64,000 bases of DNA from Escherichia phage vB_EcoP_PE006. Both the position numbers and the translations under genes were made by a program. The stretch is taken from sequence record OQ938541.1; one strand, 5' to 3'. Under the pieces are notes generated by a model. That model did no database searches and was not told where the DNA came from. It was given only the letters and a program-made list of their open reading frames with translations. Positions 20,818 to 32,436 of this stretch are shown here, piece by piece (positions within the stretch are counted from its first letter, which is position 1; each line of letters starts with the position of its first letter).

Positions 20818-20855
20818 TAGGGGGTAGGACATTTTTATTTATAAAAGGAGACGTT

Positions 20856-23800
20856 ATGGCTAACATTAAACCGTGGGAAGAAGCTTCCAAAGCTCCTGCG
20901 TATCTGAATGCCTCTCCAGAGCAGCAAGCTCAGATGAGAGAACAATATAAGGCAGCAGGTGGCTCTATTCCTGAGGAACAACCAGCAGCACAACCACAAC
21001 AAGAAGAACGTGGTGTTATTGGTGAGTTTGCTCAAGGTGTGTCAAATGCTCTTCAATCTGGTGGTGCAAACATTGCAGCTAGTACTACTAGAGGTATTGG
21101 TGGTTTGGTTGAGCTTGGAGAAAACCTAGCTGGAGCACAAACTAGTTATGGTAAGCGTATCCAAGAGAATGCTCAAAACCTCTTGAAAGAACGTATGGAT
21201 AAGATTGAGGATGGGATTGGTAAAACTGCCGGTCAGTACGCTGGAGTGGCTGCCGATATCGGTTTGACAGTTGCTAGCCCATTAACTGCCGCTGCTGTCA
21301 TCGCAGGTCGTGAGACAGGTCGTGCATATGCAGACCAAACCCCTGAAGAGGGAGAAGATAAGTCTGTTCTGGATGCAGCTCTAGTCGGTGGTGCTAACTA
21401 TGCAGCTATGAGAATCCTTCCGGGTGCTGTTGGTACAGCTGAGTCCACACTTGGACGTATTGGTCAGAACGTTGCTTCTAACGCAGTGGCTGGTGCTAAA
21501 GGTGGTGCTCTTATTGGTGCTGCTGAAGCTCAGAACAAATATGGTGATGACAATGATCTAGCTAAGACATTAGAAGGTGTTATCACAGAAGGGGCTATGG
21601 GTGCTGCATTCGGTGGTGCAGTTGGTGGTGTTCATGGTTTGATTAGTCGTCCAGGTTCTGCTGTCTTTAAGAATACTCCAGAGTATGCAAAGACTGACAT
21701 TGCTGCTGATGATGAACTGATTCGTAGTGCTAAGAATATTGATGAATTGAAAGAAGCTTATTCTAAAGCTGAAACCGCTAATGCTGCTTCTGCTCTGAAT
21801 CTTCTAGATGAGAATGGATTCCGTATTACAGATGCTGTTGCTGTAGATTCTCCTGCTGCTCAGCGTATTCTTAATACAGACCAAGCTCGTGCTGAGAAAG
21901 CTGCTTCTGCTCAGAAAGAACACTCTAACATTCCGGGCCTTAATCCTTTGGCTGCCCCTGCTAAGACTCGTGGTAAAGCTTTCGCTGATAATGAGCACAA
22001 CCAGAAACAGGCTGTTGCTATGAAAGATGCAATGGCTGACTACACCAAGGATAACACGAAAGCCCTTACAGATGTTCTAGACAACCTAGATCGTGAATTA
22101 ACCTCTCTTAGAGCATCTGGACACTTCACCGGTAGTCCACTTGATGTTAAGAATCGCACACAAGCTGACCGTGATTTCATTGATGCTTACAAGACTTTCT
22201 ACAACGAGGCAAATCGATTCAAAGCTCGTGATGGTGAAGACTTTAATAACTTTGTAGAGAAAGCTGCTGAGCTACAGAAGATGGCTGATAACGTTTCTCC
22301 AGAGATGAAACAGGCTATTGATGGGTTAAAGAAACTGAAGGGTATGCCTGAAGGTTTTAATCCTATTCAAGATTCTTATACTCTGAATAATATGGCTAAG
22401 TTCATGAGCAACCAAGACCGTGGTTGGACTTCCCTAACTGATGATGGCTTCCGTGAGGCTTCTTCTCCTAGTCTGGTTATGAACACCCTTGGTGCTGCTA
22501 AGTATGCTCTGAATCGCTTCTCTTCTCAGCGTGCTCGTTCTCAACGTGTCAAGCAACAAGAGTCTAACAGTGAAGCTATCCGCTCTCTGGCTCGTGGTGA
22601 TTTGGAAGTTGCTCGTGCTAAGTCTACTGTTGATGAAGCTCGCGCTAAGATGGAAGAAGAACCAGTTGTTGATGACATTAATTTTAAGACGCAAAATGAC
22701 GTAGAAACCGAACCGGTTCGGGAGCCTTCTTCTAGTACTGTGACGGAAGAAAATCTTCCTTCTTCTGCTCTTCAAGATTCCCCTCTTACAGCTCGTGATT
22801 TAGTTGCGCAAAGACGTGCTATCCGTCAGGCTGAACAGCGTCGTGCTGAAGAAGAGGCAGCTGCTGCTCAAGAAGCTCCGATTGAACAAGCTCCGAAAAC
22901 TGAACCACTCCCTGCTCGTAACCCTTTAGAGGAACGTCGTGCGATGGAGCAGCAACGTGCTCAAGAAGAGGGCCAAAAGGCTGCATCAGAGGATGCATCT
23001 TCTGTTACTAAAGAATCCCTCTCTCACTACGCTGAAGATGGGATACTTTCTCAAGATTTAAATGGCAACATGGCTCTTCGCCTAAACCAGTTCACCCCGG
23101 CTGAGCAACAATTTTTGCGTAACCATAATTTGGTTGACTCAAATGATATGGTCAAAGCTAGTTCTCTAAGACAAGCTGATCCATTACCTGCTAGTGCTCC
23201 TAAAGCTCCTAAGGAAGCTGTACAGGACGTTAAACCGGAAAGCGGTGTAGAGTTCCTAGCTTCTATGTCAAGCACTGCTCGTCAAGTTGCTAAAGATCGT
23301 GCAACACGTTTTGCTAAATCTTTATACTCTAAGGCTGCTAAAGCTAAAGCTACTGCTGAAAACTTCTTGGCTTACAAGGGAGATCCTTTGGAGTTGATGC
23401 GGCGTATTCGTCGGGAAGATAATGCTATCAACACTGAACGTCATGAAGAGATGGCTCGTAATCAGAGAGCTACTCAGAAAGGTATTGCTACTGCTAAGAA
23501 CAACGCTGTACGATCCGAGTTTGCTGAATGGGTTAAAGAACGTGGTCTGCCAGAAGATATTGCTACTAAGGCATTACGTGCTGAAGAGAGTGGTTTAGGT
23601 GGGAACGTAACTAACTTGGAAAGCCTGAAACGCAGATCTGAAAGGTTGTATCAGAAGCAACGTGAGGCTGAGTTTGATAGATTATATCAAGAAGCTCTGG
23701 AAGAAAACAAAGCTTTCGATAAGAAGGATGCTCCTAAACTGGTTGACCAGAAGAAAGAACTTCAGTCTGAGATTGATACTTTGATTGATTCAGAACCTTT

Positions 23801-25436
23801 ACGTCCTGCTCAGAAAGATGCTATGCGTAGGCTGATGAATGATTATGTGGACGGGAAGTTTAAATCTTCAGAGAAGGCTGGTAGGGAAGAGGCTTTGGAA
23901 GTTGGTCAGATGAAGGATGTTTGGGATGGGTTTATTAACACCTATAACAGAGAAGTGAATGCCTTCAACAAAGCTAACAAGAACTCTCAATACGAAGCTG
24001 CTGCTAAACACTTGCAGGCTCGTGAAGAACGTCTTGCTACTCTGAGAAATAAGGCACAGGCTCGTTCAGATGCTAAAGCTGCTGTTGAGAATGAACGTAA
24101 AACTCTAGAGGCTATTGCAGCTCAGAAGAGTGAGATTGAGAAGATGATGGAAGGTTTACCTAAGCCTGTTCGTGAAGCTCAGGAATCTCGTACATTGAAA
24201 CAGTTGGCTGCTCACCATGATAAGAACTCTCCAGTTCCTCCAGAGAAGTTCCGTAGTTACATTGAACGTATCCACAACGCCGAGTCAGATTACCTTGACC
24301 GTCAGCGTCGTTTAACTGATGCAGAGGAGGATGCTCGTCAGGCTAAGTGGAACAAGATGTATGAGCAAGCGGAAGAGATGGACCGTAAGTTTGATATAGA
24401 CAAAAGAGTTAAGCGCAGTGAAGAGCTTAAAGCGGCTCAGAAGCGTGAGAATGACCTTATGGCAGTACAACGTCAACGTGATGACATTCATCGCCGTCTG
24501 GTGCGTACTATGGAAGATAAGGGCATATCTAGAGAGGATGCTGAAGCATTTGCTGGTTCCTACATGGATAACCGTTATGCACTTCTTGATAAGCCTATGA
24601 CTCCTACTGAACATCAGAATGCTCGTTCTCGTATCGAGACTGACGTTGAGAAGTTTGCTAAGAAGTATGAATCAATGACTCCTATCGAGAAAGAGATTGT
24701 TAAGGTTACTGGAGATACTGAAGGTAAGCTTGATAACTTGGATGCGGATACTAGGAAGGCTGTTGAGGAGGCTCAGAAGGTTGACTCTGATATTAAGAAA
24801 CTGCAAGAGGAAGAGATGGAGATGGAGAAGATTCGTTCTGCTCTGCCTGACGATGAAAAATCTCAAGCAAATTCTGATATCTTGGAAAGTATTAAGCAGC
24901 AGGAAGAAGTCTTTGCTGATAAAGTAGAGAAAGCTTTCTTGAGTGGGAAGAGCTTGGATGAGTTAGCTAGTGTGGCTGAAGTTTTAGACAGGGTTCATGG
25001 TGCAGACAAGGCTGGTAACAACCGTCGCTTTGTACGTGCATTGCAGACTGCTGCTGAAAACAAGAAGAAGTATGGTGATAATCCGGTAGCTTGGTTTAGT
25101 GCTGATGATTACTCTGCTATTGCTAAACTTGGTGCTTCTTCCGCAGGTGGTAACAAATCTAGAGCACTGGAGAAAATCTTTGGTTCTACAGCTGAACAGG
25201 CTAAGAGTAAGTTGCTTGGTAGGGATGATGTAGCGAAGATGAGACGTGTAATTGAAGAGAACCCTGATATTAAGATTCCTTCTTACAAGACAACTAATCG
25301 TACTGAGTACTTGCAGTTCTTGGAGAAGTTTAATGACGAAGGGAAGCCGAAGATTAAACGTGGCTCATTGTCAGAGAAGCTTGAACGCAGTAAGCGTCAA
25401 TCGAGACTCCGTGTAAGAGTTCGACCTAAGGAGTGA
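20856..25436 (+). CDS. giant alpha-helical virion protein (internal/ejection-type)
   Basis: ~1526 aa, A/E/K/R-rich coiled-coil character; start taken at ATG 20856 (AAAGGAG SD) because the track start at 20811 lies inside the promoter element. Confidence 0.55.
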   Translation: MANIKPWEEASKAPAYLNASPEQQAQMREQYKAAGGSIPEEQPAAQPQQEERGVIGEFAQGVSNALQSGGANIAASTTRGIGGLVELGENLAGAQTSYGKRIQENAQNLLKERMDKIEDGIGKTAGQYAGVAADIGLTVASPLTAAAVIAGRETGRAYADQTPEEGEDKSVLDAALVGGANYAAMRILPGAVGTAESTLGRIGQNVASNAVAGAKGGALIGAAEAQNKYGDDNDLAKTLEGVITEGAMGAAFGGAVGGVHGLISRPGSAVFKNTPEYAKTDIAADDELIRSAKNIDELKEAYSKAETANAASALNLLDENGFRITDAVAVDSPAAQRILNTDQARAEKAASAQKEHSNIPGLNPLAAPAKTRGKAFADNEHNQKQAVAMKDAMADYTKDNTKALTDVLDNLDRELTSLRASGHFTGSPLDVKNRTQADRDFIDAYKTFYNEANRFKARDGEDFNNFVEKAAELQKMADNVSPEMKQAIDGLKKLKGMPEGFNPIQDSYTLNNMAKFMSNQDRGWTSLTDDGFREASSPSLVMNTLGAAKYALNRFSSQRARSQRVKQQESNSEAIRSLARGDLEVARAKSTVDEARAKMEEEPVVDDINFKTQNDVETEPVREPSSSTVTEENLPSSALQDSPLTARDLVAQRRAIRQAEQRRAEEEAAAAQEAPIEQAPKTEPLPARNPLEERRAMEQQRAQEEGQKAASEDASSVTKESLSHYAEDGILSQDLNGNMALRLNQFTPAEQQFLRNHNLVDSNDMVKASSLRQADPLPASAPKAPKEAVQDVKPESGVEFLASMSSTARQVAKDRATRFAKSLYSKAAKAKATAENFLAYKGDPLELMRRIRREDNAINTERHEEMARNQRATQKGIATAKNNAVRSEFAEWVKERGLPEDIATKALRAEESGLGGNVTNLESLKRRSERLYQKQREAEFDRLYQEALEENKAFDKKDAPKLVDQKKELQSEIDTLIDSEPLRPAQKDAMRRLMNDYVDGKFKSSEKAGREEALEVGQMKDVWDGFINTYNREVNAFNKANKNSQYEAAAKHLQAREERLATLRNKAQARSDAKAAVENERKTLEAIAAQKSEIEKMMEGLPKPVREAQESRTLKQLAAHHDKNSPVPPEKFRSYIERIHNAESDYLDRQRRLTDAEEDARQAKWNKMYEQAEEMDRKFDIDKRVKRSEELKAAQKRENDLMAVQRQRDDIHRRLVRTMEDKGISREDAEAFAGSYMDNRYALLDKPMTPTEHQNARSRIETDVEKFAKKYESMTPIEKEIVKVTGDTEGKLDNLDADTRKAVEEAQKVDSDIKKLQEEEMEMEKIRSALPDDEKSQANSDILESIKQQEEVFADKVEKAFLSGKSLDELASVAEVLDRVHGADKAGNNRRFVRALQTAAENKKKYGDNPVAWFSADDYSAIAKLGASSAGGNKSRALEKIFGSTAEQAKSKLLGRDDVAKMRRVIEENPDIKIPSYKTTNRTEYLQFLEKFNDEGKPKIKRGSLSEKLERSKRQSRLRVRVRPKE

Positions 25437-25443
25437 TAAAAGA

Positions 25444-25480
25444 AAAGCCCTCAACCGAAAGGAAGAGGGCTTTATTGTTT
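25444..25480. terminator. bidirectional rho-independent terminator at the convergence point
   Basis: AAAGCCCTC ... GAGGGCTTT hairpin with A-tract on one side and T-tract on the other; + and - strand gene blocks end here. Confidence 0.6.
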
Positions 25481-25642
25481 CTAGAGGTTATTGATGAAAT
25501 TAATTAGACGTTCTTCACTATCATCAAAAGCTTTTCCAGCTGCTTCCATGTCCCAAGTATCTGCATGGTCAATGAAGCTTTGAGCTTCTAATAGGTCGTG
25601 GATTAAGTCGAAGAGTTTATTTTTATCTGCTTGTGTGATCAT
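25481..25642 (-). CDS. small acidic protein
   Basis: 53-aa ORF (MITQADKNKLFDLIHDLLEAQSF...), last gene before the terminator. Confidence 0.3.
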   Translation of the reverse strand: MITQADKNKLFDLIHDLLEAQSFIDHADTWDMEAAGKAFDDSEERLINFINNL

Positions 25643-25650
25643 GTCAGTTC

Positions 25651-25878
25651 CTAGATTAAATCGTAATACTGAATAATGTCAGAGAGTTTGAACTCTCGAA
25701 TCTCATCTTTCTCTACATCTATCGCTGTCATAATCCAACAAGGTTTGCCACCGTTATGAAAACGGGAGCTAGCAACGGAGGTTCGGAGTGGAATAACGGA
25801 CCGGTCAGCAACCTCGCCTCTCCAATTGCGATAGCGAAAGCGAAGCACTTGTTGCGTAGATTTTTGATCATCACTCAT
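25651..25878 (-). CDS. hypothetical protein
   Basis: Internal ATG at 25878 with AAAAAAGGAA SD; the longer track ORF overlaps the HNH gene. Confidence 0.35.
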   Translation of the reverse strand: MSDDQKSTQQVLRFRYRNWRGEVADRSVIPLRTSVASSRFHNGGKPCWIMTAIDVEKDEIREFKLSDIIQYYDLI

Positions 25879-26272
25879 TTCCTTTTTTGAATTGTTTTCT
25901 TGCATCATTTTCCATCTTTGTTTTAATCTTATGACAAGGGTCTTTACACAGAACCTGAAAACCTTCTTTTTCACATAGAGCACGAGAGATGATTTCATCC
26001 CAAGTTGCTTCATGGTCAAGAGGGACTATAGGCTCTATGTGGTCAATAGCCATATCCTTTACAGGGTGGTCAGAACCACACATGGCACACTTAAAGTGCA
26101 TTGCCAGTCTTCCTGTCTTTGGATTAATTTTCTGCTCTGTCTTGGCGTCTGCTAGTGCATCGAACATAGGCTTCCACTTTCTAGTCAGAGAACGAATCCC
26201 TGACTTGATGAAAGAATTGTAACGAGCTTCAGTCCACATTCCAGAGCATCTAGTCTTCTCAGCCTTCGCCAT
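25871..26272 (-). CDS. HNH endonuclease
   Basis: FKCAMCGSDHPVKDMAIDHIEPI ... CKDPCHKIKT: Cys pairs flanking an H-N-H core. Confidence 0.6.
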   Translation of the reverse strand: MAKAEKTRCSGMWTEARYNSFIKSGIRSLTRKWKPMFDALADAKTEQKINPKTGRLAMHFKCAMCGSDHPVKDMAIDHIEPIVPLDHEATWDEIISRALCEKEGFQVLCKDPCHKIKTKMENDARKQFKKGNE

Positions 26273-26450
26273 AACCTACACTCATATCATCTTCTTCCCA
26301 TACACGTTTATCCACTCGATGTGATACTTTTTCACGCTTTTCTTTAATATAGCGATTGCCTAATTCATGACTATATTTAATACGCTGCTCTTTTCGAGAT
26401 TCGCGATTGGAGGAGTTTTCATCATATGAACGATAGTCAAATTTACCCAT
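26259..26450 (-). CDS. hypothetical small charged protein
   Basis: ATG at 26450 with AAGGA SD immediately after the FEN stop. Confidence 0.3.
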   Translation of the reverse strand: MGKFDYRSYDENSSNRESRKEQRIKYSHELGNRYIKEKREKVSHRVDKRVWEEDDMSVGYGEG

Positions 26451-26460
26451 TATAATATCC

Positions 26461-27282
26461 TTATTCCCAAGTTTTTTCGAGCCACGACCAATCAAATAGG
26501 TCTTCCGGAGTCTGACCAACAAAGAGCAGCCGAGCATTCTCAAGCATCTTCTCTTCATCTTCAGTATCGAACTTCTTATAATATTCCATTCGTACTATAT
26601 GATACATGGTCCACTTGTCTGTAACACCAGCCAATAACTTAGCTGCTGCTTTCTTCCCTATTCCTTGACGTCGAAGCTGAAGCTTACCGCCCCACATAAC
26701 TTCTTTACGTTCTCCACATCCGGGGATATTATCTGTACCATCTCCAACCAACATCTGATAGAAGAAGTTTTGCCATGAAACTAAATCAGATACATAGTGA
26801 GGAGGGACTTCTTTCTGTCTTTCTCCACAAGCCCAACGGTAGTGCCATCCGGGAGTTATCAACAAATCCTTGTCTCTAGTACAGATGATAGTGTTCTTAT
26901 CCCTACGTTGCCTTTCAGCTAGTGCATCATCAGCCTCTCTCCCAAATACATCTATATATTCATACTTACCTTTAATGTAATCACCAACGTTCTGCCAGTG
27001 AAAAGGTCTTTCTCCGGGAGGTCTGTTTGCTTTGTAGTCTTGCTGCTTAGCAACATCAAAACGGAAGTTACCGCCTTCGCTGAAGTAGAACACAACCTTA
27101 CTGCAACCTGAGCGAGCAATGATAGTATCTATCTTGTACTGAAGTCGTTCAATCATGAAATTGTAATCAACTGGAACACGTCCTGTGTCAAGAAAGGGAT
27201 GCTCCTGAGTAAGAGCACCCACTTCATATCGAAGAACGTCAGCATCCACTATAGCTACTTCAGGGAGCTTAACGTCTTCCAT
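26461..27282 (-). CDS. 5'-3' exonuclease / flap endonuclease (FEN family)
   Basis: LVGDGTDNIPGCGERKEVMWGGKLQLRRQGIGKKAAAKLL matches the GD.SDNIPG ... KTA.KLL helix-hairpin-helix signature. Confidence 0.75.
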   Translation of the reverse strand: MEDVKLPEVAIVDADVLRYEVGALTQEHPFLDTGRVPVDYNFMIERLQYKIDTIIARSGCSKVVFYFSEGGNFRFDVAKQQDYKANRPPGERPFHWQNVGDYIKGKYEYIDVFGREADDALAERQRRDKNTIICTRDKDLLITPGWHYRWACGERQKEVPPHYVSDLVSWQNFFYQMLVGDGTDNIPGCGERKEVMWGGKLQLRRQGIGKKAAAKLLAGVTDKWTMYHIVRMEYYKKFDTEDEEKMLENARLLFVGQTPEDLFDWSWLEKTWE

Positions 27283-27283
27283 A

Positions 27284-27807
27284 TTATTCTCCTAACAGCT
27301 TACGAATTTCACTACGGAAATTATTATACTCTTCAGGGTATTCAAACCCACATTCGAGAAGAGCGTAGTGAACAACCTTCAACAAATCCTGAGACTTATT
27401 CTTATCTTTATGTCGATAAGCGTATTTGATCATATTGGTTTGTTGGAAGTTCAACTGAGGGTTTGCATGGTAGAACTCAATAGGTTGAATCATCTTATTA
27501 TTGGGATTGTAGTGAGAGCCTCCCACCATAGATTCTAATGCTGGATTGCCTTGAGATGCCATTTCTAATTGCTCTGTGTGGTCATGTGAATAGTCTACTG
27601 GAGAGGTTTTGTTACCGGTAATTTTAGGCAAAATCGCTCTAGTTGTTTCTATGTATTTACCGCCATCAACATTAATTTGAAACTCTACAAGCTCATTCTG
27701 TAACTCATATCCTGATATGTTTGATAGCATGTCCAACTCATCCCTGAGAAAATTTAAAAGTTTGCTTTTAATTGCAAGAGCTTTCTTTAAATCTGTCATC
27801 TCTTCAC

Positions 27808-27817
<10 letters not shown>
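27284..27817 (-). CDS. hypothetical protein (DUF3310-like C-terminus, tentative)
   Basis: GGSHYNP...IQPIEF...NMIKYAYR resembles a phage domain of unknown function, recalled from memory. Confidence 0.4.
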
Positions 27818-29101
<1,284 letters not shown>

Positions 29102-29348
29102 AATGCATCTCTTTATAAATGGTTTCCGTGTTCTTCTTCCAGCTAGATAAACCGGTAAGAACTCTCTGGGCAACTTCATCAGCTGCCTTGCTTCTTTCAA
29201 TCTCTAATTCTTGCTGGTGCTTCTCTTTGTCCAGATTACTACTGTCTGTTTGATATTCGTTAAACTTCATACCACCAAAGAATACAAGAGCTGAGAAAAC
29301 GATAAACCCTAAGTTATCACTTAACGTGTTTTGCATGTTGTCTCCAAC

Positions 29349-29372
29349 GAAAAAAGCCACCCGAAGGTGGCT
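29349..29372 (-). terminator. rho-independent terminator after SSB gene
   Basis: - strand AGCCACC-UUCG-GGUGGCU followed by UUUUU. Confidence 0.55.
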
Positions 29373-29393
29373 AAGCTATAACAAGGAGAGTTA

Positions 29394-30140
29394 TCAGAAT
29401 GGGCTGTCGTTGTCATCTTCATAAGTAGAAGCAGGCTCTTTATCAATCGTAGGGATTGAAGGAGTAGCTTCTTTCTGCTCTGTTTCAGAAGCACGAGTAA
29501 TTTCACGACCAGCCAGAGGCATGTTCTTAGCGTCGTTAGCTTGAGTAAGCAGGTTGCGCTGGAACGGGAACATCAGTTGATAGGATGCTACGTTCTCATC
29601 GGTTTCAGCATACGGTTCGAAGAATACCAGAGGACTACGAGCTTCACCAACTGCTGCACGATATTTGGTTGGGATTGGAGAAATGGTTTTGATGGAGTTT
29701 TTAACTTCACCAGCTTTATTAGTGTAAGAGTTAACCAGAATGTTGACAGGCTGACCTAACAGTACATCCTTAAACCAAGACAGATCACCTTTCAGTGCTT
29801 GAATGCTTGGGTCAATCATCTTGCAGAGATCAAGGATACCAGAGTTCTTAGCTCGTGGGTTTACATCATAGCTCTTGAACTGGCAAGCAGGACGTGGTTC
29901 TAATGCCTTACCATCGGAATCTTTACCAGTAGCATCAACACCAATCAGCTCGAAAGCCAAATCCATACGGAAAGCTGGATTCTTAGGAGTTACTGCTTTG
30001 GTCTTCGGGTCAATCCAAGGGTCACGATTGTGAACACCCAAACCTACTACACGAACAATACGTGCTTCGTACTCACCATCAGGGATGATGTCGTAGTTGG
30101 ATTTACGGGAAGAGGTTGCGATAGTTGGAATCATAGACAT
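29394..30140 (-). CDS. ssb: single-stranded DNA-binding protein
   Basis: 248 aa ending in acidic tail ...TYEDDNDSPF (D-rich with terminal F, as in SSB C-termini). Confidence 0.65.
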   Translation of the reverse strand: MSMIPTIATSSRKSNYDIIPDGEYEARIVRVVGLGVHNRDPWIDPKTKAVTPKNPAFRMDLAFELIGVDATGKDSDGKALEPRPACQFKSYDVNPRAKNSGILDLCKMIDPSIQALKGDLSWFKDVLLGQPVNILVNSYTNKAGEVKNSIKTISPIPTKYRAAVGEARSPLVFFEPYAETDENVASYQLMFPFQRNLLTQANDAKNMPLAGREITRASETEQKEATPSIPTIDKEPASTYEDDNDSPF

Positions 30141-30199
30141 ATTTTAATTTCCTTATTTAATTTGAAAGATTGTTGCTCTCTTTGAGCGGTTATGTATAG

Positions 30200-30208
30200 T
30201 ATACATTA
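30200..30208 (-). promoter_or_regulatory. TAATGTATA promoter-like element (- strand) upstream of ssb
   Basis: Reverse complement of tatacatta at 30200-30208, ~60 nt upstream of the ssb start. Confidence 0.4.
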
Positions 30209-30271
30209 CGCTTATACCGATAAGAGTACTATGTAATATAAGTATCTTTGGTAGTAGATATAACACACTAG

Positions 30272-30280
30272 TAATGTATA
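30272..30280 (+). promoter_or_regulatory. TAATGTATA element on the opposite strand (antisense/divergent)
   Basis: Exact TAATGTATA on + strand in a region with only - strand genes. Confidence 0.3.
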
Positions 30281-30369
30281 TATTGTATAGCTGATAAAGT
30301 TATTGCAGGCTTGTATATTGGGCAATTCACAGAATCCCTTGCAAGTACCGAAGGGCAGGAGCCACCTGC

Positions 30370-30441
30370 GAGATAAAAATAGAGAATTAAGGAATCCTTG
30401 ATTTAGGTTGTAGGGACTCCTAGGGACTTTGATTCTCTATT
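30370..30441 (-). terminator. long inverted repeat, terminator-like on - strand
   Basis: AATAGAGAAT (30378-30387) / ATTCTCTATT (30432-30441) 10-bp stem enclosing 44 nt; U-rich run follows on the - strand. Confidence 0.4.
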
Positions 30442-30534
30442 TAAAAGAATATTAATTACTTACTTAAAACCAATTCAAAAAGAGAATAGCTAAAAGAACT
30501 ATTCCTAGTAAAGCTAAGAAGTAAATGATATAAG

Positions 30535-30762
30535 TTACCATTCAAGTAAACCTTTAAAGTTAGACTGTTCTACTATCCTCTGATAACGAAGATTAGAATC
30601 AGCTTGTTTCTTTAACATCTCATTATATTGGTCTCTGATAGAGTCTTTATAAACTACAGGTTCTTTAAATAATGAGATCTTCTTTTCTTCAGAGTTAGAT
30701 AGTACATCCGTCACAAATGAAATCCCCACTAAGTGATTCTTGTAACAAGCGACTCTGTTCAT
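30535..30762 (-). CDS. hypothetical protein
   Basis: 75-aa ORF; overlaps the next ORF in another frame. Confidence 0.3.
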   Translation of the reverse strand: MNRVACYKNHLVGISFVTDVLSNSEEKKISLFKEPVVYKDSIRDQYNEMLKKQADSNLRYQRIVEQSNFKGLLEW

Positions 30763-30889
30763 CAGAGACTAATTGATTCACCACTTTCTGTAGTTCTAAT
30801 AAATCATCAAAATCGATCATCATGCCTTCATCAAGCTTATCAGTATCAACAGACCAAAAAGGATTATCTCCTAGTATTTTACTAATCAT
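30695..30889 (-). CDS. hypothetical acidic protein
   Basis: 64-aa ORF, D/E-rich. Confidence 0.3.
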   Translation of the reverse strand: MISKILGDNPFWSVDTDKLDEGMMIDFDDLLELQKVVNQLVSDEQSRLLQESLSGDFICDGCTI

Positions 30890-31109
30890 TCTACATCCCC
30901 TCTCACTTCAGCGTCTTTTGAATCTTCACTTGAGTATTTATCAATATATTCCATTTTTACCCCTATTAATTATGACCAAGATTTAGCTTTTACTTCAACA
31001 TATGTTTTAACTTCACCTTTCAAGACCTCCTGAGAAGCATTTGCACTTTCTTCAGAGTGGTGTACAACGGTGATCTCTTTCTTTCCAATCTTATAAGTGT
31101 GAATCCAAA

Positions 31110-31310
31110 TCATTCCTCTTCCTCATATTCCCAATTTCTTTCATAATATCCAGAGTTGTAGTTTAGGGTGCATTTCTCAGCCTCTTCTATGTCATCGGTG
31201 TTTAGGATATTAACCCATCCTCCAGCCTCATCAAAACCTTCTTCTTCCTCATTAATCCATACACTATATTTCTTCATCGAGAAGTTCTCCCCCAATCTTT
31301 TACATAGCAT
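31110..31310 (-). CDS. small highly acidic protein
   Basis: ...WINEEEEGFDEAGGWVNILNTDDIEEAEK...ERNWEYEEEE. Confidence 0.35.
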   Translation of the reverse strand: MLCKRLGENFSMKKYSVWINEEEEGFDEAGGWVNILNTDDIEEAEKCTLNYNSGYYERNWEYEEEE

Positions 31311-31446
31311 CGACCGTTAACCCACTTTGTCTCTGACTTAAATTCCTGAGACATTCGTACTTCACAGTCTTCTCTACTGGCATCCCCTCCGATATCAATC
31401 AGATACAGGAATAGAGCTATACCTAAAGTCCAAAGGATTATCTTCT

Positions 31447-31845
31447 TCATCGAATCACCAGAGGCTCTTCAGAGTACACAGGAGCGGCTATTTCTACAGG
31501 AGGTGCTGCCCTAAGGTCATTAAGTCTTACACCCTTCAGCATCCCGTCTAGGTGATCTTTCTTAGGGATTCCAACAGGGAAGTCGTCAATCCAAATATCT
31601 ACAAAGAAACCTAGCTGACGACATACATCATCCTTCTGAACACCATTGCAAAAGATGATAGGAATCTGCAAACACTCTGCATCAATCTTAATGTCGTGAT
31701 TATCGTACCCATTAGGCTCTGCAAAGCGATAAGTTACAAAACGTACATCATAACCTTTGGCTTGCATTAATGCCACCACAGAGCGCCACAGCTTCTTATC
31801 TGAGGTGTAAGTATCATCGTAATCTAAACCAATATTCATATCCAA
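31447..31845 (-). CDS. small HAD-superfamily phosphatase-like protein
   Basis: IGLDYDDTYT (DxDxT motif I) and C-terminal WIDDFP (DD motif). Confidence 0.45.
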   Translation of the reverse strand: MDMNIGLDYDDTYTSDKKLWRSVVALMQAKGYDVRFVTYRFAEPNGYDNHDIKIDAECLQIPIIFCNGVQKDDVCRQLGFFVDIWIDDFPVGIPKKDHLDGMLKGVRLNDLRAAPPVEIAAPVYSEEPLVIR

Positions 31846-32072
31846 ATCCTTTAGACAAGAAAAGCCGCCCTAAGGCAGCTCTTTATTTAGTCGGTCACTT
31901 TAGCTTCAAGTGCTTCATTTTCGATACTCAAGTCAATCACTACACCAGTAAGCTCAACAACTGCTTGGCGAAGGGCATCTTTACCCATAGAGTGTACTTG
32001 AGTTAGGAAGAAAGCTTTACCTTCTTCGGTGGACAGGGTTTCTTTTAATTCAGAAGCAGTCATTGATATTCC

Positions 32073-32267
32073 TTATGTTATGTTATAAATTCGCATGATT
32101 GTACCGCCATTGGCTTCAATAGCAGCAACCATTTGGTTTCGTTCTTCATCCGTATAAACTAACACACTTCTAAATTCACCTGTTGCGTCAGTGTAAAGGA
32201 TGTTATACTTCGGAGGTGGCTTACGGTAGATACCTTCCATCACTCTTTCTCCTCTCGTTCTTTCCAC
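32073..32267 (-). CDS. hypothetical protein
   Basis: 64-aa ORF downstream of the polymerase. Confidence 0.35.
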   Translation of the reverse strand: MERTRGERVMEGIYRKPPPKYNILYTDATGEFRSVLVYTDEERNQMVAAIEANGGTIMRIYNIT

Positions 32268-32436
32268 AGTTCAGCGAGTTCTAAATAAAACTCAGCTTCA
32301 TCAGGACGTCCTTGTTCATTACAGATGGCGCTCTGACGATAACACCAATCCGATGGCATCTCTTCCACTTCAATCTCCTTATTATGAACTAATCAATAAG
32401 ACTAGTTCATTTGTTTTCTAAACTTTCAGTCCTGAA

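Noticed and set aside
20811-20855. Track start ATG at 20811 for the giant protein
   Set aside because: This ATG lies inside the TAATGTATA element and has no SD; the ATG at 20856 in the same frame follows AAAGGAG.
29337-29360. GTG start at 29360 for the i-spanin ORF
   Set aside because: The GTG lies inside the ssb terminator hairpin; the ATG at 29336 with GGAGA SD is preferred.
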